From a virus (lineage: Duplodnaviria; Heunggongvirae; Uroviricota; Caudoviricetes), in IMG/VR virus record IMGVR_UViG_2802429251_000008, positions 1 to 10,321 of that record: a stretch of 10,321 nucleotides of DNA; one strand, written 5' to 3'. Of this stretch, positions 1 through 8,022 are shown one piece after another. Positions within the stretch are counted from its first letter, which is position 1, and each line of letters begins with the position of its first letter. Made by a program: the position numbers and the translations under genes. The notes below the pieces were generated by a model, which saw nothing but the letters and a program-made list of their open reading frames with translations, searched no databases and was not told where the DNA came from.

Positions 1-342
1 ATGATGAAAAAAAGTATTCTGGCGTTTCTGTTACTCACCAGTTCTGCAGCGGCGCTGGCGGCACCGCAGGTGATTACCGTCAGTCGTTTTGAAGTGGGTA
101 AAGACAAATGGGCATTTAACCGCGAAGAGGTAATGCTGACATGCCGACCGGGCCATGCGTTGTATGTTATTAATCCGAGTACCCTCGTGCAGTATCCTTT
201 GAACGATATCGCACAAAAGGAAGTCGCCAGCGGGAAGACCAATGCCCAGCCCATTTCGGTGATTCAGATTGATGATCCTAACAATCCAGGTGAAAAAATG
301 AGTCTGGCACCGTTTATAGAGCGAGCTGAAAAACTCTGTTAA
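1..342 (+). CDS. Small secreted/periplasmic protein of unknown function (host flanking gene)
   Basis: Complete ORF ATG..TAA; N-terminus [23 protein letters not shown] reads as a Sec signal peptide with an AxA cleavage site; followed by an intrinsic terminator. Family not recognised with certainty. Confidence 0.6.
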   Translation: MMKKSILAFLLLTSSAAALAAPQVITVSRFEVGKDKWAFNREEVMLTCRPGHALYVINPSTLVQYPLNDIAQKEVASGKTNAQPISVIQIDDPNNPGEKMSLAPFIERAEKLC

Positions 343-371
343 TTACCTAAAATAGCCTTTTGATTTCCAAT

Positions 372-412
372 AAAAAACCGCCTCAGTTCTTTCACCAGAA
401 CAGGCGGTTTTT
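372..412. terminator. Bidirectional rho-independent terminator
   Basis: A-tract 372-377, stem CCGCCT(ca)GTTCT 378-390 pairing with AGAACAGGCGG 397-407, loop 391-396, T-tract 408-412. Can terminate both the upstream + gene and the leftward int transcript. Confidence 0.7.
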
Positions 413-568
413 AACATTTAAGCTGATGACCACCACGCTTTTTATTGACCATTTTGCACGCAAACTGGAAAACCTGGCGTCGTCATCTATTCTTAAAGGG
501 CAAGGCAACTAAGCCTGCATTAATGCCAACTTTTAGCGCACGGCTCTCTCCCAAGAGCCATTTCCCTG

Positions 569-602
569 GACCGAATACAGGAATCGTATTCGGTCTTTTT
601 TT
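569..602 (+). terminator. Intrinsic terminator-like hairpin plus T7 tract
   Basis: Perfect 10-bp inverted repeat GACCGAATAC (569-578) / GTATTCGGTC (586-595), 7-nt loop, then TTTTTTT 596-602. No ORF upstream on + strand; may end a small RNA or be part of the attachment region. Confidence 0.5.
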
Positions 603-636
603 AATTGTATTTAAAATCAATTAGTTGCAAACGCCT

Positions 637-656
637 CCCCGAAATTCCCCGAAATT
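637..656. repeat. Tandem direct repeat CCCCGAAATT x2 near int 3' end
   Basis: Exact 10-bp unit repeated twice, about 80 bp from the int stop; candidate integrase arm-type or accessory-factor binding sites in attL. Confidence 0.4.
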
Positions 657-733
657 TACTCGAATTTCTGTATTCCGGTCTTTTTTGGTTATATCACAAC
701 CAAAATGCATTTAACAATCCATTTACGTTAAAA

Positions 734-1810
734 TCAGAGCAGTAAGTACGTTTTTTCCCTCTCATCAAGATACATTTTTGTTGTCTTCTCCGATGTGTGG
801 CCAAGTAGACGCTGAGCAAATTCTTCTCCACATGTTTCTTTGTACAATCGTCCAGCCAGACTTCTGATCTCGTGAAAAGTTGGTGGGTTTTCACTGAACT
901 GGATACCTGTTAATTTTCTGGCTGCGACAAATTTTTTTGTCAGGCCGTCCGGGTGAATGCTGCCGTCAGGGCTGTTTTTTCTAATCCCGGCACTGATTAG
1001 ATAATCTCCCCGGCTTACCAGGCGGCACTGTTCAACTACTGTACCAAGCCGTAGACCAGCGACAGGAAGGCTGAGTGACAGGGGGATAGCAATCATCATT
1101 CCTGTCTTAATTTGCCTGATGTGGAGACGATCATCATAAATATCACTAAACCGCATATTCGTTATGTCTTCGCGACGTTGTCCTGTTACAAGGGCTAAAT
1201 CCATAGCTAATGGGAACCATGCCGGAAGTTGATCTGCTGCCTCCCTGATGCAGTTGTATGTCTTTAGTTTCAGTCGTTCTCTTGTAACTACTATTTTCGG
1301 TGCTCTTGTTGGTGTTACTGGATTTTGAGATATACGTCCTTCAACAATGGCCTCACGAAACATATCAGACAACACAGAACGCATTGATCCTGCCATTGTG
1401 TTTTTCCCTCCTTCAATCCACAAATCAAGAAACTCGGCAATATGGCGAGTGGTTATTTCTGTCAGTAAAATCTCTCCCAATTTTTCTTTTATTGTCTCCA
1501 GTTGATTTACCCGAATTTTATAAGTATTTCTGGACACTTTTCTCCTTATAAGAATCGTTTTGTAACGTTCAATCCAGTCTGCCATAGTAAATGAGTCGAG
1601 CCCTTTAAGCTTTTCAATTAAGGCAGCAGGAGAGTAGTTTTTGTATATATAATGATTTGCTTCAATTGCCTGCGCTACTGCATCTCTTCTTGAAATTTTA
1701 CCTAGTGTAAATTCTTCTTTCGTCAGAGGGTTGCGCCAGTAATATGCTTTGTCCCTCCTTCGATATGTTAAGTTTTTAGGCAAATTGGGATCGTATTTTT
1801 TCCGCTGCAT
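734..1810 (-). CDS. int: Lambda-family tyrosine integrase
   Basis: 358 aa; aligns by eye with lambda Int (PNLYxR..YY, TGQRxxD box, HExRSL..RLY box, LLGH...Y C-terminal catalytic Tyr). SD GGAGAAG 7 nt upstream of ATG at 1810. Confidence 0.9.
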   Translation of the reverse strand: MQRKKYDPNLPKNLTYRRRDKAYYWRNPLTKEEFTLGKISRRDAVAQAIEANHYIYKNYSPAALIEKLKGLDSFTMADWIERYKTILIRRKVSRNTYKIRVNQLETIKEKLGEILLTEITTRHIAEFLDLWIEGGKNTMAGSMRSVLSDMFREAIVEGRISQNPVTPTRAPKIVVTRERLKLKTYNCIREAADQLPAWFPLAMDLALVTGQRREDITNMRFSDIYDDRLHIRQIKTGMMIAIPLSLSLPVAGLRLGTVVEQCRLVSRGDYLISAGIRKNSPDGSIHPDGLTKKFVAARKLTGIQFSENPPTFHEIRSLAGRLYKETCGEEFAQRLLGHTSEKTTKMYLDEREKTYLLL

Positions 1811-2057
1811 GTTTTAACTTCTCCAGTAACGGACTGTCTCTCCCTTGTCGCCCATTAGGCTGATGGTGTGTTATATCGGTATCAACCTTATTTGGGTTGA
1901 TATAGAAAGCCTCCGGAACCACCCTGTAACTCCTCCCGTGTAGTTCAGGTGCAGGATAAATGTTTCCATTCCTTGCCCATCGTCTCAGCGTTGATATTGA
2001 TGGTGGGTTATCCGGATATCTGAGTTTTCCCCACGTTTTGAGTGTCACAAGATTCAT
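1776..2057 (-). CDS. xis: Excisionase-like DNA-binding protein
   Basis: Immediately upstream of and overlapping int by 35 nt (lambda xis/int arrangement); basic small protein. Start moved to the second in-frame ATG (2057), which has SD AGAGG at proper spacing. Confidence 0.65.
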   Translation of the reverse strand: MNLVTLKTWGKLRYPDNPPSISTLRRWARNGNIYPAPELHGRSYRVVPEAFYINPNKVDTDITHHQPNGRQGRDSPLLEKLKHAAEKIRSQFA

Positions 2058-2079
2058 TGCCATACCTCTTACGATATGA

Positions 2080-2108
2080 CCGCCAGTAAATATACAGAAT
2101 ACTGGCGG
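2080..2108. promoter_or_regulatory. 9-bp inverted repeat (CCGCCAGTA n11 TACTGGCGG) upstream of xis
   Basis: Perfect 9-bp arms read directly; no flanking T-tract, so more likely a protein-binding palindrome or RNA hairpin than a terminator. Confidence 0.3.
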
Positions 2109-2163
2109 ATGTGGTTGATTTTTAATAATCAGCTATGAAGTTCTAATTTGTATATAATGCAAC

Positions 2164-2352
2164 TCACGAGGACAGAAGTTTCTCGCAATTAAAATTTATC
2201 AGCTTTACTTTCTGCTCTCTGGAAACGCCTGCTTCTTTTTTCCCTGAGAGCATTTTTTCGCATTCTGATTTCGTTAATTTAGATTTTGAATATCTTGTCC
2301 AGTTAGTAGGAGTGCCACCTTCCTTTTCAATAGTGGCAGTAATTTTATACAT
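2164..2352 (-). CDS. Small hypothetical protein (Rac ydaC position)
   Basis: 62 aa from ATG at 2352 with strong SD GGAGGT 4 nt upstream; start overlaps the lar stop by 8 nt (translational coupling). Assignment by position only. Confidence 0.5.
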   Translation of the reverse strand: MYKITATIEKEGGTPTNWTRYSKSKLTKSECEKMLSGKKEAGVSREQKVKLINFNCEKLLSS

Positions 2353-2575
2353 GAACACCTCCATTATTATTTCCAGTAGTTCGTTTATTCCATCTTTCGA
2401 GTGCTTCTTTTTCACTTCCACTATAGCCGGTTCGGGATTCGCATCCGTTACACTTTGCGCGGTAATATCCTGAAATGGCTTTCACCGTTACTGATGGACA
2501 ACCACAAAATGGACATGGTTTGACTTTTGTGTATCGCACTGGTTTTTCTCCTGTGAGCTTTGTGGCTGCGCTCAT
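2345..2575 (-). CDS. ralR: Lar/RalR-family restriction-alleviation protein (Cys4 zinc-binding)
   Basis: Contains CPFCGC...CNGCES Cys4 motif typical of the Lar family; sits between exo and the small ORF as ralR does in Rac. Start chosen at ATG 2575 (SD GGGGAG 8 nt upstream), overlapping the exo stop as ATGA. Confidence 0.7.
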   Translation of the reverse strand: MSAATKLTGEKPVRYTKVKPCPFCGCPSVTVKAISGYYRAKCNGCESRTGYSGSEKEALERWNKRTTGNNNGGVHV

Positions 2576-3252
2576 TTCCATTGCTCCCCAAATACAAAAC
2601 CAATTTCAGCCAGTGCCTCGTCCATTTTTTCGATGAATTCTGGCACCATCTCGTCAAAACTCGCCATGTACTTTTCATCCCGCTCAACCACGACATAATG
2701 CAGGCCTTCACGCTTCATACGCGGGTCATAGTTGGCAAAGTACCAGGCATCTTTTTGCGTCACCCACATGCTGTACTGCACCTGGGCCATGTAAGCCGAC
2801 TTTATGGCCTCGAAACCACCGAGCCGGAACTTCATGAAATCCCGGGAGGTGAACGGGCATTTCAGCTCAAGGCCGTTGCCGTCATTGCATAAACCATCGG
2901 GAGAGCAGGCGGTGCGCATAGTCTCGTCACGATAGATGATCGGGGATTCAGTAACATTCACGCCGGAAGTGAACTCAAACAGGGTTCTGGCGTCGTTCTC
3001 GTACTGTTTTCCCCAGGCCAGCGCCTTAGCGTTAACTTCCGGAGCCACACCGGTGCAAACCTCGGCAAGCAGGGTGTGGAAGTAGGACATTTTCATGTCA
3101 GGCCATTTCTTTCCGGAGCGGGGTTTTGCTATCACGTTGTGAACTTCTGAAGCTGTGATGACGCCGAGCCGTAATTTGTGCCACGCATCATCCCCCTGTA
3201 CGATAGCTCTCACGTCGATCCCGGTACGCTGCAGGATAATGTCCGGTGTCAT
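2572..3252 (-). CDS. exo: Lambda exonuclease (Red alpha)
   Basis: 226 aa, near-identical to lambda Exo from memory ([17 protein letters not shown]...GFVFGEQW); start overlaps the bet stop. Confidence 0.95.
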   Translation of the reverse strand: MTPDIILQRTGIDVRAIVQGDDAWHKLRLGVITASEVHNVIAKPRSGKKWPDMKMSYFHTLLAEVCTGVAPEVNAKALAWGKQYENDARTLFEFTSGVNVTESPIIYRDETMRTACSPDGLCNDGNGLELKCPFTSRDFMKFRLGGFEAIKSAYMAQVQYSMWVTQKDAWYFANYDPRMKREGLHYVVVERDEKYMASFDEMVPEFIEKMDEALAEIGFVFGEQWK

Positions 3253-4034
3253 ATTGCCACCTTCTGCTCTGCGGCTTTCTGTTTCAGGAATCCAAGAGCT
3301 TTCACTGCTTCGGCCTGTTTCAGTTCTGACAATGCATGAATGTCGCGGCGAAATATCTGGGAACAGAGCGGCAATAAGTCGTCATCCCATGTTTTATCCA
3401 GGGCGATCAGCAGAGTGTTAATCTCCTGCATGGTTTCATCGTTAACCGGAGTGATGTCGCGTTCCGGCTGATGTTCTGCAGTGCATGCGGTATTTTCGAC
3501 AATGCGCTCGGCTTCATCCTTGTCATAGATACCAGCAAATCCGAAGGCCAGACGGGCACACTGAATCATGGCTTTATGCCGTAACATCCGTTTGGGATGC
3601 GACTGCCATGGTCCGATGATTTCTTTGCCTTCTCGGGTTTTGAATGGTTCGCGACGGCACTCATCCATCCACTCGGTAACGCAGATCGGATGATTACGGT
3701 CCTTGCGGTAAATCCGGCATGTACATGATTCATTGTCCTGCTCAAAGTCCATGCCATCAAACTGCTGGTTTTCATTTATGATGCGGGACCAGCCATCAAC
3801 GCCCACCACCGGAACAATGCCGTTCTGCTTATCAGGGAAGGCGTAAATCTCTTTCGTCCACGGATTAAGTCCGTACTGGTTGGCGACGATCAGCAGCGCG
3901 ATGAATTGCGCATCGCTGGCATTACCTTTAAATGCCGTCTGGCGAAGAGTGGCGATCAGTTCCTGCGGGTCGACAGAATCCATGCCGACGCGTTCAGCCA
4001 GCTTCCCGGCCAGTGTTGCAAGTGCTGTACTCAT
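3249..4034 (-). CDS. bet: Lambda Bet single-strand annealing protein (Red beta)
   Basis: 261 aa, near-identical to lambda Bet from memory ([27 protein letters not shown]...). Confidence 0.95.
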   Translation of the reverse strand: MSTALATLAGKLAERVGMDSVDPQELIATLRQTAFKGNASDAQFIALLIVANQYGLNPWTKEIYAFPDKQNGIVPVVGVDGWSRIINENQQFDGMDFEQDNESCTCRIYRKDRNHPICVTEWMDECRREPFKTREGKEIIGPWQSHPKRMLRHKAMIQCARLAFGFAGIYDKDEAERIVENTACTAEHQPERDITPVNDETMQEINTLLIALDKTWDDDLLPLCSQIFRRDIHALSELKQAEAVKALGFLKQKAAEQKVAI

Positions 4035-4039
4035 TCGTT

Positions 4040-4339
4040 TTATACCTCTGAATCAATATCAACCTGGTGACGAGCAATGGTTTCAACCATGTACCGGATG
4101 TGCTCCGCCACACGTTCCTGAAATTCAACATCGTCATCAAATGCGCGACTGATTGCCTGTTTGCTGGCACCGTGGCGTTGCAAATGGTCGATGCAGAGCG
4201 ATTCAAACAGATGCTGGGGCAGACCTTTTTCCAGGTCGTCCGCCAGCGCCGTTTCTTTTTCTTCGCGAACGATTTGCTGGTAGTGGCGTGACCATGCCTG
4301 CTCTTCAATGCGATCAAAAATTGGGCATGTACTCATCAT
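4040..4339 (-). CDS. gam: Gam, RecBCD inhibitor (short GamS-length form)
   Basis: 99 aa; from residue 13 onward matches lambda Gam C-terminal 86 residues (SRHYQQ...HQVDIDSEV). The first 12-15 residues differ from lambda and the upstream frame is occupied by the ORF672 3' end. Confidence 0.9.
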   Translation of the reverse strand: MMSTCPIFDRIEEQAWSRHYQQIVREEKETALADDLEKGLPQHLFESLCIDHLQRHGASKQAISRAFDDDVEFQERVAEHIRYMVETIARHQVDIDSEV

Positions 4340-6332
4340 CCGTCACCCCAAAATTTTCAAGTTTGTTTGCAATCATCATTGCAATACCCGGAATTAATGG
4401 CGCTGAGGCTATACCCGCAGGATTTGCACATAAACCGTAAACCGCTGCAATCACCACTTGTCTTTTCCAGTCGAGTTTTTCTAATGATGAAGCTGCTGCT
4501 TCGCCAGTTTCATCACTGCAATCGCGATGCGGATCGCTGCCATCGTTCTCCTTGTGCGGATGTTCAGCACCTTCCATTTCCTCCAGACCTTTTTCCTGAT
4601 ATTCATTCTGATTTTCTTCATTAAAGGTTTTCTGATACGTTGCGTCGCCCATCACCGCGCCGCAGTCAGGACAGTTGCCGCCGCCAGCCTGACCGCAGGC
4701 GATGCAAACTTTCTCCGTTTCCTGTTGTTGCACTACTGGCTCAGGCTGTTTCGTTTCTGGCTCGTTTTGTTGCGTATTTGGGTCGTTCTGTTCCGCTTTT
4801 TGGTCGTTATGTTCCGTTTCTGGCTGATTCTGGTACACAGAGTCGCGGGTCTGGATCCCCTTAACCCATTTCGGATCATTCGGGTCGCTAATCCCTTCAA
4901 CAAATTCTCCGCGAGAGGCAGCCAGTAATTTGTCTGCATCGACAGGATTTTTGGGCGGAATGTTTTTCCGGGCTTCATGGAGTTCTGCCCGCAGTTTCTG
5001 ATATTTCGCATCAACAGAATTTACCTGTGACTGAGCATCCAGCGACTGCGTGTCCTGATGATGTTCAGTTGCATCCGGTTCCACTGTTTCAGCCGTTGCC
5101 TGTTCATCTGCCATTGCGCAAGATGGTTGCAGTTTTTCTTCATCATCCTGTTTTTCTTCTTCTGTTACACGCTGCGGCATCGGGGCAGAGGAACGACCGC
5201 AGGCAATATCCACGATTTCTGGATCAGGGTTGGCATGATCAGTTTCAGTCAGTACTTTGTTTAGATATTCAGTGACGTGTGCGGGGATAACCTCGATCCC
5301 AATTGGTGCTTCTTTTACGGACGCAACCACGATGGCGCGGGAATAATCCAGCCCGCCAGGCATGGTGATGAATTTGTCGCGGAAAACAGAAAAGGGCGGT
5401 TTATTTTCAGCGATAATTTCCTCGACACGTTTAGCGTGTGCCGGATGAAGGTTATAAATGTCCACGTCCATTGAACGAGCCAGTACGCCAGTGGCTACGT
5501 CGCGCGCCAGTGACGTCAGATCGTGAACGAAACCTTCGCCGCGATCGGTGAGGTTCCCGCCGCCAGCATTAGCGCCGGAAGCCGTGCGCGTGATGCGTGA
5601 AACACGATTTCCTTTCATCCACTCTTTTGTCAGCAGACCACGATCGGTGTAGTCTGCGTCCAGGTATGCTTCGAAAAAAGCAGTCATCAGCCCCAGGCTT
5701 GAATTGCCTGGATTAGGGAAAACTCTGTCAGTATCACGCACCAGTTTGTGGAGATCGCGAATTTCCAGCGGGTCGAGCAGGCTGGTTTTGTGGGAAACAG
5801 CCAGGGCAGTAACAGCTGGTAGTTCTTCAGCTCGTGCAATGTGTAATGCCTGGAGTTCGTCGCGTGAAACGTGCGTTACCGGTTTTTCGCTGCCGTGTTG
5901 AGCAAGCCAGCGAATGGGCAGCTCCTGACCGGAAATCGGGAGTAGCATATTCTCCTCAATCTCCGTCATGTCTTCGCCATTAACATTGGTATTGTCAGTG
6001 CTGGCTGGTTTGTCCTGCGCAGAGGATGAGGGCGCGATAAATACCATTGTGATGCCATCTTCCCCGCCTTTTTCGTAACGGTTGCAGAATTCCGTATCAA
6101 ATACGCCCTCTGGTGGAAGGTCATCAACAACGGGCAAATTGACGCGAACAGGTTTTTTAAAGTCATCTTCATCGTAGCCAGCATCGTCAATCGCAACAGC
6201 ACCACGGGATATGGCAATGGATAATTTTTTCGCTTCAGCCCAGTAGAAACCGCCTTTAATACCGAGACGTTTTCTTACTTTGTCATTTTTTGCTTCGTAA
6301 TACAGTGGGTAAACTTGTTTATCGGTGCTCAT
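4314..6332 (-). CDS. Large uncharacterised early-operon protein; possible RecE N-terminal-region relative without a nuclease domain
   Basis: 672 aa uninterrupted; SD GAGG upstream of ATG 6332; stop overlaps gam start by about 26 nt. Globular N-terminal region, acidic low-complexity middle, five heptapeptide repeats, CxxC-x9-CxxC zinc ribbon, and a Gly/Ala/Pro-rich hydrophobic C-terminal tail. Occupies the recE slot of Rac. Confidence 0.75.
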   Translation of the reverse strand: MSTDKQVYPLYYEAKNDKVRKRLGIKGGFYWAEAKKLSIAISRGAVAIDDAGYDEDDFKKPVRVNLPVVDDLPPEGVFDTEFCNRYEKGGEDGITMVFIAPSSSAQDKPASTDNTNVNGEDMTEIEENMLLPISGQELPIRWLAQHGSEKPVTHVSRDELQALHIARAEELPAVTALAVSHKTSLLDPLEIRDLHKLVRDTDRVFPNPGNSSLGLMTAFFEAYLDADYTDRGLLTKEWMKGNRVSRITRTASGANAGGGNLTDRGEGFVHDLTSLARDVATGVLARSMDVDIYNLHPAHAKRVEEIIAENKPPFSVFRDKFITMPGGLDYSRAIVVASVKEAPIGIEVIPAHVTEYLNKVLTETDHANPDPEIVDIACGRSSAPMPQRVTEEEKQDDEEKLQPSCAMADEQATAETVEPDATEHHQDTQSLDAQSQVNSVDAKYQKLRAELHEARKNIPPKNPVDADKLLAASRGEFVEGISDPNDPKWVKGIQTRDSVYQNQPETEHNDQKAEQNDPNTQQNEPETKQPEPVVQQQETEKVCIACGQAGGGNCPDCGAVMGDATYQKTFNEENQNEYQEKGLEEMEGAEHPHKENDGSDPHRDCSDETGEAAASSLEKLDWKRQVVIAAVYGLCANPAGIASAPLIPGIAMMIANKLENFGVTDDEYMPNF
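4736..4850. repeat. Degenerate 21-bp tandem repeats inside ORF672
   Basis: Units such as GGTCGTTCTGTTCCGCTTTTT / GGTCGTTATGTTCCGTTTCTGG on + strand; encode [35 protein letters not shown] on the minus-strand frame. Confidence 0.6.
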
Positions 6333-6401
6333 TGTTTTTTAACCTCAACTCAGATTAAAATTACTGCGAGTGATGAATAAATGTCCTAGGTTCTTCACTC
6401 A

Positions 6402-6432
6402 GGCCTGCACAGTGTGCAGGCTTTCTTTTTTT
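6402..6432 (+). terminator. Plus-strand-oriented hairpin plus T-tract inside the leftward operon
   Basis: 9-bp arms GCCTGCACA / TGTGCAGGC (6402-6420) then TTTCTTTTTTT (6422-6432), abutting the racC-like stop. Oriented against the surrounding genes. Confidence 0.4.
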
Positions 6433-6707
6433 CAGATTTCACCTTTTAATTTCATTGCAATCAGAGTTGCCAGAAATTCGGCTTTTTTTTCTGCGGGCAG
6501 ATTCTTTCCTATGTGCACCAGACACATTTCTTTAACACCATCGTTAAGTGTTTTAACGTTGCCTGATGGACCGTCGATATCAACCACAGTGAATGGGGTT
6601 TCTTTATTTTCTGTCTTAATCACGTAGCCAATACGCTTTCCTTCCAGGGTAACTTCGTGAACAATGTCATCAGTAGTAACAACAGTGGCTTCATAACTGG
6701 TAATCAT
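6432..6707 (-). CDS. racC: RacC-like small protein
   Basis: 91 aa from ATG 6707 (SD AAGGAG 6 nt upstream); size and position match Rac racC. Symbol assigned by size and synteny, not sequence recall. Confidence 0.55.
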   Translation of the reverse strand: MITSYEATVVTTDDIVHEVTLEGKRIGYVIKTENKETPFTVVDIDGPSGNVKTLNDGVKEMCLVHIGKNLPAEKKAEFLATLIAMKLKGEI

Positions 6708-6781
6708 GTTTTTCTCCTTAATTAAGGTTGATCGAATCCCTGCCATTGCTGGCATAAATTCAGTTTCGGATAGTCAGTTAA

Positions 6782-6952
6782 TTAAAGTTCGTGTGCCATC
6801 TGGTCTTTTTCGGCACAACTTTCACTACAATATTTTTTCATTTCCGTCGTTGGGATAACTCCACGCATGAAATGAAGAGGTCTTTTAATACTTTTGCTTT
6901 CTTCAATTTCTTTATTGCAAAGGTGGTAAGCACATTTTATTTTCTTAGTCAT
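6782..6952 (-). CDS. ydaE: YdaE-like small Cys-rich zinc-binding protein
   Basis: 56 aa, below the 60-aa ORF-track cutoff and found by manual translation: [56 protein letters not shown] (CxxxxC...CxxxC). Start overlaps upstream stop as TGATG. Size and order match Rac ydaE. Confidence 0.55.
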   Translation of the reverse strand: MTKKIKCAYHLCNKEIEESKSIKRPLHFMRGVIPTTEMKKYCSESCAEKDQMAHEL

Positions 6953-7173
6953 CACCATGACTCCGCCTTTACAGGTAAACCATCACGACCGAGGAAGACT
7001 TTAATCATGCAGTCAGAAATGCATGTTTTTGTAGTCAGGTTACGAATATAAAGTTTTCGCTTTTTAATATTGTTTGCCGAGGCGATATATGTCCGGCCTT
7101 CATGAAGAACATAATCACCAGGAGTCACACACTGACGTGGTATTTCATCAGTTCCGAAGTGATGTGCAATCAT
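6952..7173 (-). CDS. kilR: KilR-like small protein (candidate FtsZ/cell-division inhibitor)
   Basis: 73 aa from ATG 7173 (SD GGAG 6 nt upstream; the track start at 7185 overlaps the SD). Size and order match Rac kilR. Function inferred from Rac. Confidence 0.55.
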   Translation of the reverse strand: MIAHHFGTDEIPRQCVTPGDYVLHEGRTYIASANNIKKRKLYIRNLTTKTCISDCMIKVFLGRDGLPVKAESW

Positions 7174-7248
7174 AATTATCTCCATTTTTACAAATGAACT
7201 TTGTTGATGCGGTGCCTGGCGCCTCCAGGTGACTGCAACCAGTTAACA

Positions 7249-7277
7249 ATTACAGTCGGCTTTCCCACCCAAACCAA
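7249..7277 (-). promoter_or_regulatory. Candidate sigma70 promoter for kilR-ydaE-racC
   Basis: Minus-strand -35 TTGGTT (7277..7272), 17-bp spacer, -10 TGTAAT (7254..7249); the leader would contain the CCTGG-n5-CCAGG hairpin. Confidence 0.25.
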
Positions 7278-7346
7278 TAAGGACTAACATGACTTTTAAC
7301 TGTGCCGCGTGCGCTTAGCCGCATTCACCGCATCACAAAATTCACT

Positions 7347-7392
7347 TTAAAAAGGGGCGGCAGGGCAGCCACGGAGTAGAACTGATGCCGCC
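7347..7392 (-). terminator. Candidate leftward intrinsic terminator
   Basis: On minus strand: stem GGCGGCA (7392..7386) / TGCCGCC (7362..7356), 23-nt loop, then CC + TTTTT (7353..7349). Long loop lowers confidence. Confidence 0.3.
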
Positions 7393-7516
7393 AAAGACTA
7401 CACATAGCAATGTCGTTATTTACAACCGGAGGCGCACTCCCACCATTTAAATTTAACAGACAAGACCGACTCTTTATGAATACCGGAAATGCACCTTCGT
7501 GTTGTGCGCCTGTCTT

Positions 7517-7544
7517 TTTACCACTTCAGGCTCGGTGGTATACT
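7517..7544 (+). promoter_or_regulatory. Extended -10 promoter for the + strand 64-aa ORF
   Basis: TGgTATACT (7536-7544) with -35-like TTTACC (7517-7522) at 16-bp spacing; ATG at 7579 preceded by TAAGG. Confidence 0.4.
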
Positions 7545-7578
7545 GGAGTTCTCACACAACCAGTAATAAGGTATTCCG

Positions 7579-7773
7579 ATGGATAATAAAGACAAAGCCT
7601 GGCTACTTGCTTTAGCTTTCAGCATCAGATCGCAGCGAGAAACAACTCATCAAGAATTTTTCTCGGAAATCGAGAATGCTGAGAATGAGTTTTTGTCACT
7701 ACTCAATGAACGTGATGCTAAAAAAAGCTCCGATTCACTTAAGGCTTGGGCGAAACTAGGCTCTTCAAAATAA
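7579..7773 (+). CDS. Small hypothetical protein (64 aa), opposite in orientation to neighbours
   Basis: ATG start with SD-like TAAGG, own promoter, two in-frame stops immediately upstream; 3' end overlaps the convergent 72-aa ORF by 35 nt. No recognisable family. Confidence 0.4.
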   Translation: MDNKDKAWLLALAFSIRSQRETTHQEFFSEIENAENEFLSLLNERDAKKSSDSLKAWAKLGSSK

Positions 7774-7957
7774 TTGCTTCTGTAGCGGCATGAACAACTG
7801 TTTTTGCCGCCTCTTCAACTTCCTTGTCTGGACGACCAGCCTTTACTTTTTCTGCAATGACCTCCAGCACAGTTGGAAGAACCTTGCTAATAAGCATGGC
7901 TGCCACATCTTTGCTGCACAATTGACCGTTAATAACAACCAGATCTTCACCAACCAT
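7739..7957 (-). CDS. Small hypothetical protein (72 aa), first gene after the leftward promoter
   Basis: ATG 7957 with SD AAGGGG 7 nt upstream; downstream of a consensus-like promoter. Not Arg-rich, so not an N-type antiterminator. Confidence 0.45.
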   Translation of the reverse strand: MVGEDLVVINGQLCSKDVAAMLISKVLPTVLEVIAEKVKAGRPDKEVEEAAKTVVHAATEAIILKSLVSPKP

Positions 7958-8022
7958 CTTTTTTCCCCTTAACGCCGGGTGGCGGAACTAAAACCTACAG
8001 CGCCGTGCTGTTCTTGATAGAA

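Noticed and set aside
413-733. tRNA or tRNA fragment at the integration site
   Set aside because: No T-loop (GGTTCGAATCC-like) or acceptor-stem pattern on either strand; integration into a tRNA gene not supported.
694-894. 66-aa minus-strand ORF overlapping the int 3' end
   Set aside because: Out of frame with and mostly inside the integrase gene; no start signals.
3155-4440. Plus and minus out-of-frame ORFs overlapping exo, bet and gam
   Set aside because: They overlap genes that match lambda Exo/Bet/Gam almost residue for residue; the alternative frames are incidental.
4367-5474. Several + strand ORFs (65-133 aa) antisense to ORF672
   Set aside because: Low-complexity, repeat-driven translations (runs of F/L/R) with no ribosome binding sites, fully inside a well-supported minus-strand gene.
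6370-6627. 85-aa + strand ORF antisense to racC
   Set aside because: Inside the racC-like gene on the opposite strand; Phe/Ser-rich, typical of antisense artefacts.
7186-7578. Retron-like msr/msd non-coding RNA suggested by flanking inverted repeats
   Set aside because: No reverse-transcriptase ORF anywhere in the window; inverted repeats alone are insufficient.
7579-7773. The 64-aa + strand ORF as SieB
   Set aside because: Far shorter than SieB and without membrane-spanning segments; upstream frames are closed by stops, so it is not an obvious sieB remnant either.
7739-7957. N-type antiterminator with nutL boxA/boxB
   Set aside because: The 72-aa protein lacks an Arg-rich N-terminal motif and I found no convincing boxA (CGCTCTTA) or boxB hairpin in the leader.
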